This document shows positions 38,783 through 47,404 of a stretch of DNA of 58,356 bases, piece by piece. Origin of the DNA: Nanobdellota archaeon. GTDB taxonomy: Archaea; Nanobdellota; Nanobdellia; Woesearchaeales; JAHWHD01. The stretch covers positions 1 through 58,356 of the forward strand of contig JAYENX010000058.1 in assembly GCA_034722435.1 (NCBI GenBank), read 5' to 3'. The position numbers and the translations under genes are program-made. Below the pieces are notes generated by a model. The model was given only the letters and a program-made list of their open reading frames with translations, was not told the DNA's origin and ran no database searches. The stretch's first letter is position 1. Each line of letters starts with the position of its first letter.

Positions 38783-38891
38783 TATCATAGATTGGACGAA
38801 TTTATTTATATAGTTTGTGCGGGGTTGTCCAGTGTCCAGTGGTAAATGAAAAGATTTAAAAATAAAGGTGAAGTATAATTGTTTGATAAAA

Positions 38892-39965
38892 ATGGATATC
38901 GAAGAACGTATGAAACTTATTAAAGAAGTTGGTGAAGAGATTCTAACAGAAGATGAATTAAGAGATTTACTAAAGAAAAAGAAAAATCCTATTGCTTATG
39001 ATGGTTTTGAACCTTCAGGGAAGATACATATCGCTCAAGGTTTGTTAAGAGCAATCAATGTGAACAAACTTACAAAAGCAGGAATAAGATTTAAGTTTTG
39101 GGTTGCTGATTGGTTTGCGCTTATGAATAATAAAATGGGCGGAGATCTGGATAAGATTAAAATTGTTGGAGAATACTTCATTGAAGTATGGAAAGCTTGT
39201 GGTATGGATATGGAGAATGTAGAATTCTTGTGGGCTAGCGACGTCATGAATGATTCAGATTATTGGTTAAAAGTAATTAATATAGGAAGAATTAATACAG
39301 TAACACGTATTAAAAGATGTGCACAGATCATGGGGCGAAATGAAAAAGATTCACTTTCAGGAGCTCAGATTTTTTATCCTTGTATGCAAGCTGCGGACAT
39401 TTTCCACTTAAAGGCAGATATTGCCCAATTAGGTCTTGATCAAAGAAAAGTAAATGTTCTTGCAAGAGAGGTTGCGCCTAAACTAGGTTATACTAAACCA
39501 GTTGTTATAAGTCATCATATGTTAATGGGATTAACAGAACCCCCTAAAGGGTTAACAGGTGTAGATGCTGCAGTTGCAAAGAAAATGTCAAAATCAAATC
39601 CTAATTCTGCAATTTTTATGGATGATTCTCCAGATGAAGTAAAACGTAAGATAAAAAAAGCTTATTGTCCTGAAGGGGAAGTAGAAGATAATCCAGTTCT
39701 CGAATATTGTAAATATATTATATTTGAAAAGTTTGATAAAATGTTAATAGAAAGGCCAGAGAAATGGGGAGGGAATTTAGAATATTCTAGTTTTGAAAAT
39801 CTTTCTAAAGATTTTGGGAATAAAAAGCTTCATCCCATGGATTTGAAACAAACAGTAAGTAAAATGATTATTGAACTTTTGAAACCTGTACAAGAACATT
39901 TTATCAAAGATAAAAAAGCGAAAGAATTATTGGAAAAAGTAAGAAGTTTTAAAGTGACTAAATAA
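38892..39965 (+). CDS. tyrS: Tyrosine-tRNA ligase
   Basis: YDGFEPSG.IHIAQ, YPCMQAAD, QLGLDQRK, KMSKS. Confidence 0.98.
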   Translation: MDIEERMKLIKEVGEEILTEDELRDLLKKKKNPIAYDGFEPSGKIHIAQGLLRAINVNKLTKAGIRFKFWVADWFALMNNKMGGDLDKIKIVGEYFIEVWKACGMDMENVEFLWASDVMNDSDYWLKVINIGRINTVTRIKRCAQIMGRNEKDSLSGAQIFYPCMQAADIFHLKADIAQLGLDQRKVNVLAREVAPKLGYTKPVVISHHMLMGLTEPPKGLTGVDAAVAKKMSKSNPNSAIFMDDSPDEVKRKIKKAYCPEGEVEDNPVLEYCKYIIFEKFDKMLIERPEKWGGNLEYSSFENLSKDFGNKKLHPMDLKQTVSKMIIELLKPVQEHFIKDKKAKELLEKVRSFKVTK

Positions 39966-39976
39966 AGAGGTTTAAA

Positions 39977-41389
39977 ATGAAAGATTATGCAGAATTTGCA
40001 CTGGAATATTTACAGAAACTTGGAGTTGACTATGCAGAAGTTAGGCTTGAAGAAAGTAATTCTCAAAGTTTTATGTTAAAAAATGGTTTGCCAGAGATTT
40101 CAGGATTTGAAGAAGTTAAAGGATTAGGTGCAAGATTTCTAATTAAAAACGGGCTAGGATTTTTTTCAACAAATGATTTTGATAAAACTAAGATTAAAAA
40201 TTTAATCAAACAAGCCATAAATAAAACTCAAGCAGCGAATAAGATAAAAGAGATTGTTCATCTTTCTGAAGAACCCATGCATAAAAAGACTTATGAAGTG
40301 AAACAAAAAATTAAATTACAAGATATATCTCCAGAAGAAAAATTAAAATTACTAAGTGAAGCGGATAATGCAGTGCTTAATTCTGGAGTGAATGTGCCTT
40401 CACGATATATGTCTTATTCCGATACAATGACTAAAGAGTATTTATTGACAAGTGAAGGTAGTAGAATATTTGCAAAAGTTCCAAGAGAAAATTATTTTTT
40501 CTTTGTTACTATTAAAGAAAATGGGAAAATTTCTCAACGTTATAGTTCTATGGGTGCCACAGGCGGTTATGAACAAGTAAATGCATGGAACATCTCCAAG
40601 TTAATGGTTGAAGAGGTAAAAGCTTTAGCAAATAATCTTCAGAATGGTGTTAAATGTCCTAAAGGGAAATATGATGTTATATGCGGACCCGAAGTTGTAG
40701 GAATAATGGTTCATGAAAGTGTAGGCCACCCTTATGAAGCTGACAGAATATTTGGAAGAGAGGCTGCGCAAGCAGGCGAATCGTTCGTTTCGAAAAATAT
40801 GATTAATAATCAAATAGGTAATGAAATTGTTAATGTAGTGGATGATCCAACATTGGATAACAGTTACGGATTTTATCTTTTTGATAATGAAGGTGTTAAA
40901 GCACGAAAGAAGTTTTTAATGAAGGATGGAAAGATTACAGAATTTTTACATAATAGAGAGACTGCAGCGTTTATGGGTATAAGAAGTAACGGGTCTTCGA
41001 GAGCAACAGACTATGATAGAGAAAGTATTGTAAGGATGTCCAATACTATACTTCTCCCAGGAGACCATAAAGAAGATGAACTTTTTGAGGGCGTAAAAAA
41101 AGGCATATATATGAAAAATTTCATGGAATGGAATATAGACGATAAAAGATATACGCAAAAGTATACAGGTTCTGATGCATATTTAATTGAAAATGGAAAA
41201 ATCACAAAACCAGTAATGAATCCAGTTATTGAAATTACAACTCCAAATTTATGGAAAGCAGTTGATGCAATTGCTAAGAAATCTAAATTTTTTGCGGGTA
41301 ATTGTGGTAAAGGAGAACCTATGCAAGCAATTCCTGTATGGTTCGGCGGTCCTGCAATGAGATTAAAAAATATTAAGGTGTATTCATGA
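39977..41389 (+). CDS. tldD: TldD-family metalloprotease
   Basis: HESVGHPYEAD (HExxGH), RMSNT, GNCGKGEPMQ. Confidence 0.95.
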   Translation: MKDYAEFALEYLQKLGVDYAEVRLEESNSQSFMLKNGLPEISGFEEVKGLGARFLIKNGLGFFSTNDFDKTKIKNLIKQAINKTQAANKIKEIVHLSEEPMHKKTYEVKQKIKLQDISPEEKLKLLSEADNAVLNSGVNVPSRYMSYSDTMTKEYLLTSEGSRIFAKVPRENYFFFVTIKENGKISQRYSSMGATGGYEQVNAWNISKLMVEEVKALANNLQNGVKCPKGKYDVICGPEVVGIMVHESVGHPYEADRIFGREAAQAGESFVSKNMINNQIGNEIVNVVDDPTLDNSYGFYLFDNEGVKARKKFLMKDGKITEFLHNRETAAFMGIRSNGSSRATDYDRESIVRMSNTILLPGDHKEDELFEGVKKGIYMKNFMEWNIDDKRYTQKYTGSDAYLIENGKITKPVMNPVIEITTPNLWKAVDAIAKKSKFFAGNCGKGEPMQAIPVWFGGPAMRLKNIKVYS

Positions 41390-42717
41390 GACATATAGAG
41401 GCCGTAGAGAATGCTTTGAAAGCTCTTAAGAATAAAGGAGCGGATGACGTAGTAGTTTCAGGAATTTTATCTCAAAGTTCTCAAATTAAATACTCAGATA
41501 ATAAAATAAATGCTACCAAGGATTGGGATAATATAAGTCTTAATATCTTTGCTTCGTTTGGAGGGCGAATAGTTGGTACTTCGATAAAAGATGTATCAAC
41601 AAAGGGAGTGGAGCTAGGAATTTCTCAAATAGCTAGTTTCGTAAGAAATCTACCAATAAATAAAGATTTCAAAGGGATTGCAAAAGGACCTTTCAAATAT
41701 CCTAAGATAGAAGGTCTTTATGATAAAAAGATTGCAAATCTTCATGAAAAATCTGTTGATTTAGTAGAAGCAGGAATTAATGCTGCGCTAAATGAAGGTT
41801 CAAAAAGATCCTCGGGAGTTCTAGAACATGGAAATCATCATACATATTTAATGACTTCAAATGGTGTACAGATTGAAGAAAAAGGAACTTCAGCTTATTT
41901 TTCTATACGAAGTTTTTTTGATAAAGATTCATCAGGACATCGAGTTTGTAACTCTACCACTTTAAATAAATTTGATGTTGAAGGTGCAGGAAGTAAAGCA
42001 GCAAAAATTGCTGTTCAAGCGAAAGGGTCTGTTAATGGAAAACCAGGGAAGTATGATATATTGTTTTCACCTCTGGCTTTTGCTAACATTCTAGAAAGAG
42101 TAGGTGATGCAGCCTCTGCATTTTCAGTTGAATCAGGTCTTTCGTTTCTTTCTAAAGATCTTAATAAAATGGTTGCAAGTAAAAATGTAACACTTTATGA
42201 TGACAGTACCTTAAAAGGAGGAATTGGCTCTCGAAGTTGTGATGATGAAGGTACACCTAGTCAAAAAACTGAGTTAATTAAAAATGGTAAGTTATTAACT
42301 TATCTACATAACTATTCAAGTGCTCAAAGATTTAAAGCTAAACCTACAGGAAATGCAGGATTAATATCTCCTGAAATGAGTAACTTACTACTTAAACCTG
42401 GAGATGTTGGTCAAGAGGAGATGATTAAAAGTATAAAGAGTGGATTGTATATCACTAATGTGTGGTATACTAGATTTCAGAATTATCAAACAGGTCAATT
42501 TTCTACAATTCCTAGAGATGGAATCTTTAAAATTAAAAATGGTGAAATAGTGGGTTCAATTAGAAATATAAGATTGAGTGAAAATATTTTGAATATAATG
42601 AAAAATATATCAACAATAGGAAACTCTTCTGAACAAATAGTTGGATGGGAAGTGGAAAGTCCAGTTATTACACCAATGGTTTTTGTTAAAGGACTTAATA
42701 TTACTGTTTCTGAATAA
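41386..42717 (+). CDS. pmbA: PmbA/TldE-family protein
   Basis: DDEGTP, LHNYSSA, TGNAG, WYTRFQN; lacks HExxH; ATGA-coupled to tldD. Confidence 0.93.
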   Translation: MRHIEAVENALKALKNKGADDVVVSGILSQSSQIKYSDNKINATKDWDNISLNIFASFGGRIVGTSIKDVSTKGVELGISQIASFVRNLPINKDFKGIAKGPFKYPKIEGLYDKKIANLHEKSVDLVEAGINAALNEGSKRSSGVLEHGNHHTYLMTSNGVQIEEKGTSAYFSIRSFFDKDSSGHRVCNSTTLNKFDVEGAGSKAAKIAVQAKGSVNGKPGKYDILFSPLAFANILERVGDAASAFSVESGLSFLSKDLNKMVASKNVTLYDDSTLKGGIGSRSCDDEGTPSQKTELIKNGKLLTYLHNYSSAQRFKAKPTGNAGLISPEMSNLLLKPGDVGQEEMIKSIKSGLYITNVWYTRFQNYQTGQFSTIPRDGIFKIKNGEIVGSIRNIRLSENILNIMKNISTIGNSSEQIVGWEVESPVITPMVFVKGLNITVSE

Positions 42718-42762
42718 ATTTAAAAAAATATGGGTCGCAGTATTCTAACACATAATTAAACA

Positions 42763-42881
42763 TACATATAAAGTATTTAATCGATAAATTTATATATTTA
42801 GACTACATTTAAAGTATTAAATCGTTAAAAATATAGTTTAATAAGACATAAGGAGTAATTTTAAAATAAGTATAAGACATA
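42763..42881 (+). repeat. Direct repeats upstream of the tandem-HTH gene
   Basis: A 26-nt repeat (42763-42788 and 42804-42829; 23/26 identical; 41-nt period) and a perfect ATAAGACATA twice (42841, 42872). Confidence 0.75.
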
Positions 42882-43447
42882 TGGGGAGAAACAGACTACT
42901 TAAGAAGGGATATGTAGATAATTCATCTAGATCGATATCTTTTGAAAAACTACTTGATAGCATTTCTAATAATAATCCAGAAGAACTCTTAGAAATAATT
43001 GTTAATCATTTAATGTTTAAGCATAAAATGAGTAAAGAAGAAATCATTGCGATAATTTCTAAAAAAGGAAATTTTGATACCGTATTAATCCCTATTGATA
43101 TTTTTGCTGCCAAGCTTAGTCCAGCCGAAGCGCTGGTGAAATACCTCAAAGAAGAATTTGAATTGGGATATAATGAAATAGCCTCTCTGATTAATAGGGA
43201 TGACAGAGGAATCTGGGGTACGTATAAACGGGCCCAGTCTAAAATGAATAAAAGATTCAATGTTAGAGAGGCTAAATTCTTTATCCCAGTCCAAGTTTTC
43301 AAAGAAAGGAAGTATAGTATTCTTGAAAATTTAACAAAATATCTTGTTGAAAAATATAATTTAACAACTTATAAAATTTCAAAATTATTGAATAAAAAAC
43401 CGGGAACTCTATGGGCAGTATATAGAAGAGTTAAAAATAAAAAATGA
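42881..43447 (+). CDS. Tandem helix-turn-helix (sigma region 4-like) DNA-binding protein
   Basis: Internal repeat LSPAEALVKYLKE...YNEIASLINRDDRGIWGTYKRA / YSILENLTKYLVE...YKISKLLNKKPGTLWAVYRRV. Confidence 0.8.
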   Translation: MGRNRLLKKGYVDNSSRSISFEKLLDSISNNNPEELLEIIVNHLMFKHKMSKEEIIAIISKKGNFDTVLIPIDIFAAKLSPAEALVKYLKEEFELGYNEIASLINRDDRGIWGTYKRAQSKMNKRFNVREAKFFIPVQVFKERKYSILENLTKYLVEKYNLTTYKISKLLNKKPGTLWAVYRRVKNKK

Positions 43448-44664
43448 ATTATGAATGTGATAATGGACGTAGACAGATTGTATTAGTAATATTATTTATC
43501 TGTTTTTTAGCAATTATATTTATTCAAAAAACGCAAATAACTGGATTAGTAATTGATACTGAAAATTTAGGAGCATTCAATCAAGTTATTGGGATAAATG
43601 AAATTTTTGTTGTTATGATTGCGTTAGGGATTATTAGTGGTTGTTTTGTCTACGCACATAAAACTTCTTTTTTAAAAAAGATGATGGGAAGAAATGCTTT
43701 ACCTATTTTTTCCTTAGAAGAAATTAAAAGTAATAAAGAGGCACACAAGTTAAAAGATAAAAAAGGGAGTATTGTAAAAAAAGTTCCTTTGTATAAAGAG
43801 AGTTATTATTCTGCGTCTCACAACCTTCATCAGCAAAAGAAGAAATTTGTAAAGTGGTTTAAGAAGAATCAGAAACATTTTACAAAAGATTTACATCAGT
43901 ATTCTCATGATTTAAAAATAATAGTAACGGAGATTGTAGGATATTTAAATTTTGATAAAATATTAAAAATTAAAAAAAGGATGATAATGAGGAATAATAA
44001 AAGTAGCAGTAATAATAATAATAATAATAATGAAGGGAGAGAGGAGAATAAACCGTTTTTAGTTGTGAAAAACGTTAGAAGCAAAGATATTAAATTAGCT
44101 GTTCAAGAACTTAAAGAGATTAAAAAAAGCAAAATTCAGATTTTACAAAACTACGAGGATGAAATTGAAAGAAAATTAGTGAAAATGTCATTGAAAACTA
44201 TTCAAGATATTAAAAGATTTAAAGGAAATTTAATAGACATAGATAAACAAATAACGTTATTAATAAAAAAAAAGTATAATAAGAAAAAAATAGTTAATGA
44301 AATGCGTTTAGTAGGTTTTTCTAAAAAGATAGTTTTGAGACATTACAATATAATAAAAGAAGAAATGTGTAAGAAAACGAATAAACCAAATAAACGTGTT
44401 GGAATTAAATACTCTAAGAATTCTACTAAATTTGATCAAATGATTACAGGGTACATAATGGACGGAATGAGTAAAGAACAAATAAAAAGAATATTATTAA
44501 ACTCTGGATGGCCAAAAAGTTTTGTTAAAGAACATTATGAAGAACTTCATAAGGAATTTGAAAAGGAAGTAATGAAAATAAGTGAAGAAAATCTGAAAGG
44601 AGATCAACTCAACCTTTTAGAGAGTCATTTACAGAAAGAACTTGAGAAGATAAATAAAGTTTAG
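43444..44664 (+). CDS. Hypothetical membrane protein (2 TM, basic cytoplasmic region, GF/GW helical repeats)
   Basis: Two hydrophobic helices, an N7 run, MRLVGFSKKIV / LLNSGWPKSFV; ATGA overlap with the HTH gene. Confidence 0.6.
   Translation: MNYECDNGRRQIVLVILFICFLAIIFIQKTQITGLVIDTENLGAFNQVIGINEIFVVMIALGIISGCFVYAHKTSFLKKMMGRNALPIFSLEEIKSNKEAHKLKDKKGSIVKKVPLYKESYYSASHNLHQQKKKFVKWFKKNQKHFTKDLHQYSHDLKIIVTEIVGYLNFDKILKIKKRMIMRNNKSSSNNNNNNNEGREENKPFLVVKNVRSKDIKLAVQELKEIKKSKIQILQNYEDEIERKLVKMSLKTIQDIKRFKGNLIDIDKQITLLIKKKYNKKKIVNEMRLVGFSKKIVLRHYNIIKEEMCKKTNKPNKRVGIKYSKNSTKFDQMITGYIMDGMSKEQIKRILLNSGWPKSFVKEHYEELHKEFEKEVMKISEENLKGDQLNLLESHLQKELEKINKV
44011..44031 (+). repeat. (AAT)7 in-frame microsatellite
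   Basis: Seven AAT units encode N7. Confidence 0.9.
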
Positions 44665-44667
44665 AAT

Positions 44668-45099
44668 TTATATTTTTTTAAGTTCTTGAGAGAATATTAT
44701 TAAATGTTTTTTTTGGATTAATTCTTTATTGTATATTACTATCAATGTTGCATCCTTTGAAGAGGTTAAGTCTTTGAGATTTAAAATAAAATGTAAGACT
44801 TTTTCAAAGGGATTTGCTTCTAAAAGAAGATTTATATCTTTGATTATGATTAAAGTGTTAGTATTTGTTTTCATAAAACTATCTGATTCGTATAAAATTT
44901 GTTCAAGGTCAGTAGGATCTATATCTCCATCTGTTGATAATTTAAAAAAATTTTTAGATTTGATAGGGAGTGATTCAAGATCTTTTGAGAAGGATATAAT
45001 TTGAAACTTTTGATATTTAGATAAACACTTTGTCGAATCAGCTAAATAACTGCCTTTTTTAACAGTTTTCTTAAATAGTGAAGAAAATACGAATTTCAT
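44668..45099 (-). CDS. DUF835-like protein
   Basis: IIIKDINLLLEANPFEKVLHFILNLKD...ATLIV. ATG 45099 is 24 nt from the shared TATA box; the track start is TTG 45111. Confidence 0.65.
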   Translation of the reverse strand: MKFVFSSLFKKTVKKGSYLADSTKCLSKYQKFQIISFSKDLESLPIKSKNFFKLSTDGDIDPTDLEQILYESDSFMKTNTNTLIIIKDINLLLEANPFEKVLHFILNLKDLTSSKDATLIVIYNKELIQKKHLIIFSQELKKI

Positions 45100-45123
45100 T
45101 AATACAGTCAAAATACAGAAAGA

Positions 45124-45131
45124 TTTATAAA
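45124..45131. promoter_or_regulatory. Palindromic TATA shared by divergent DUF835 and pan genes
   Basis: TTTATAAA lies 22 nt from the pan ATG and 24 nt from the DUF835 ATG. Confidence 0.7.
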
Positions 45132-45153
45132 ATTATCTTCAGTATAAAGGCAT

Positions 45154-46293
45154 ATGAAAAGTAAAGATGAGTTAGAAGGCGTAATGTTTAGTTATACTGC
45201 AGATTCCAATCAGGTCGAAGAAGAAAATAGAATGTTGAAAGAAGCTGTTGAAAGATTGAATAATGAATTAGGAAAATATAAAATTCCGCCTTTAATGGTG
45301 TGTGAAGTCTGTGAAGTTGTTGATGATAAAGTAATGATTAGAATTCCAAATGGGAATCAATTTTTAGTTAATATTTCTGAAAAATGTAAGAAAGTTGAAG
45401 CAGGGGATTCTGTTTTAGTTGAACAAAAAAATTTAACAATCATAAATAAACATAATTCTACTAAAAAGTTTGATGTTGAAAAGTTTGTAATAATGGATAA
45501 GCCAGATCTTAAATGGAATCAAATAGGTGGATTGAAAGCTCAAATTCAAGAGATTATTGAAGTTGTGGAACTACCATTGAAAAAGCCTGAATTATTTAGG
45601 AAAATAGGAATACAACCTCATAAAGGAGTATTATTATACGGACCTCCGGGAACAGGAAAAACACTGCTCGCAAAAGCTGTTGCTCATAGTACTAATTCGA
45701 CATTTATAGAAATTGTGGGTTCTGAACTTGTACAAAAGTTTATTGGCGAAGGTGCTAAATTAGTTAAAGAAGTTTTTCAACTTGCTAGAGAAAAAGCGCC
45801 TTCAATCATATTTATTGATGAGATTGATGCACTTGCTGCTAAAAGGATTGAAATTGGTACTTCTGGTGAAAGAGAAGTACAAAGAACATTTATGCAGATG
45901 TTGGCTGAACTTGATGGGTTTAAGCCTTTAGGAGATGTTAAAGTCATAGGTGCAACAAACAGGAAAGATATATTGGATCCCGCAGTATTAAGACCTGGAA
46001 GGCTTGATAGACTTATTGAAGTTCCAGTACCTAATAAAGAAGGTATTAAACAAATTTTTGACATTCATACTAAAAAGATGAGTCTTGATAAAAGCATTAA
46101 TCCAAAGGAATTAATTGAACTCATGATTAATTTTTCAGGTGCAGAAATTAAAGCAACGTGTACTGAAGCAGGATATTTTGCAATACGAAATAAAAGAAAT
46201 AAAGTTTTAAGGAAAGATTTCTTAAGTGCCATTGATAAAGTTAAAGATTTTGAAGACACTGATAATGATGAATATCTGCGCATGATGGGATAG
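45154..46293 (+). CDS. pan: Proteasome-activating nucleotidase
   Basis: Coiled coil + OB domain, GPPGTGKT, IFIDEID, ATNR...LDPAVLRPGRLDR. Confidence 0.97.
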   Translation: MKSKDELEGVMFSYTADSNQVEEENRMLKEAVERLNNELGKYKIPPLMVCEVCEVVDDKVMIRIPNGNQFLVNISEKCKKVEAGDSVLVEQKNLTIINKHNSTKKFDVEKFVIMDKPDLKWNQIGGLKAQIQEIIEVVELPLKKPELFRKIGIQPHKGVLLYGPPGTGKTLLAKAVAHSTNSTFIEIVGSELVQKFIGEGAKLVKEVFQLAREKAPSIIFIDEIDALAAKRIEIGTSGEREVQRTFMQMLAELDGFKPLGDVKVIGATNRKDILDPAVLRPGRLDRLIEVPVPNKEGIKQIFDIHTKKMSLDKSINPKELIELMINFSGAEIKATCTEAGYFAIRNKRNKVLRKDFLSAIDKVKDFEDTDNDEYLRMMG

Positions 46294-46299
46294 AAATCT

Positions 46300-46375
46300 G
46301 TGCAGTGCTATCCAGTTACTTCCGTTCATCATCCTTTCGTCAGATGGTGTTCACTAGATCATTGCACTGTTGCAC
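46300..46375 (-). ncRNA. Box C/D-like small RNA with two K-turn motifs
   Basis: Minus strand reads GTGC-AAC-AGTGC-A-ATGATCT-AGTGAACACCAT-CTGA-CGAAAGG-ATGATGA-ACGGAAGTAACTG-GATA-GCACT-GCAC. It has canonical D' and C' boxes around a C(GAAA)G loop, 12-13 nt spacers and a terminal stem, and is GC-rich relative to its flanks. Confidence 0.75.
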
Positions 46376-46378
46376 TTT

Positions 46379-47404
46379 CTATAAAATCTTAAAATCAAAA
46401 CAGATTCTATAAACATGCGGCGCATGTTGACCACATTTAACAAGATTAAGAGATTTATATTTAATGTTTGCCCTTTTACATGCATTTTTCACCTTTTGTT
46501 TTGCTTTATTAAACTCTTTATCATTTAAAAAGTCATAAAAATGGATGATAGTTCCTTTTTTTGAAGCCAATAGTGCAATAGGCAAAAAGTCTTCTGCTGA
46601 TTTAGGTAATGGCATAAGTATTCTATCAAATTTTGTTTTAAGCTTTGGAATTATATCTTTAACATCTCCGTTAAATAATTTGACATTTTTTATCTTATTT
46701 AATTTTAAATTGCCTAAAGCATATTTATGAGCATCAGGATTAATTTCTACACCTATAATTTCCTCTGCTTCAGTATTTTTAGATAATATTACTGGATAAG
46801 GTGCACAACCCGAGAACATAACTAAAATAAACTCCCCAGGTTTTACTAAATTATAAATTCGTTTTCGTTCAGTACTAAGTCTTGCAGAAAAATAAACTTT
46901 TTCAGGATTAAACTTAAGAAGGGCATTATTTTCTTTATATGTTATAATCTTATTTTTTCTCCCTGCAATTATTTTAAGCTTTTGAAGTCTAAATACTCCG
47001 CTATGAATGCCTACTTTTTTTGCTACAGTTTTAATAGATGAGTTTATTTTAAGTAATGTATCACCTATAAGTTTCTGTTTTTTAACCAGAATTTCGTCAA
47101 TTTCAATGATTGCCATATCTCCTAAAATGTCATAAGCAGTCTTGAGATGTTGTAATTCTAATTTAGTAAGGACATTTTTTAATGTTTCTTTAAGATTTGT
47201 CTTTTTTAGTATTGTTTTTAAATTCTTTTCTATGAAGATAGGCGATTTAATTATTTGTTTGACTTGTTTTTCATCAGTTATAGGGAAGAAAACATGGTGC
47301 GTATCCGAAGTGGTTGCAAAACGTCTGTTATATAAATTATTAGTAATGAGAATTTTCTTTATTTTCTCTGCAGAAGATTTTTTAATTTTTAATGTTAAAA
47401 CCAT
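46379..47404 (-). CDS. trm5: tRNA (guanine37-N1)-methyltransferase, Trm5/Met-10+ family
   Basis: AYDILGDMAII, KVYFSARL..ERKR, MFSGCAPY, FDRILMPLP, IIHFY. Confidence 0.9.
   Translation of the reverse strand: MVLTLKIKKSSAEKIKKILITNNLYNRRFATTSDTHHVFFPITDEKQVKQIIKSPIFIEKNLKTILKKTNLKETLKNVLTKLELQHLKTAYDILGDMAIIEIDEILVKKQKLIGDTLLKINSSIKTVAKKVGIHSGVFRLQKLKIIAGRKNKIITYKENNALLKFNPEKVYFSARLSTERKRIYNLVKPGEFILVMFSGCAPYPVILSKNTEAEEIIGVEINPDAHKYALGNLKLNKIKNVKLFNGDVKDIIPKLKTKFDRILMPLPKSAEDFLPIALLASKKGTIIHFYDFLNDKEFNKAKQKVKNACKRANIKYKSLNLVKCGQHAPHVYRICFDFKIL

Noticed and set aside
38826-38840. TGTCCAG tandem repeat in the GC-rich spacer between the cas4-like gene and tyrS
   Set aside because: Only two 7-nt units with no other copies noticed; too little to support a call.
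46300-46375. 76-nt structured element considered as a tRNA
   Set aside because: No cloverleaf, no TTCRA T-loop and no D-loop GG.
46341-46380. GATGGTGTTC on the plus strand resembles the 5' end of the fluoride (crcB) riboswitch
   Set aside because: P1 cannot extend, the GACACC pseudoknot partner is absent and no downstream gene lies on that strand. The minus-strand C/D reading explains the sequence better.
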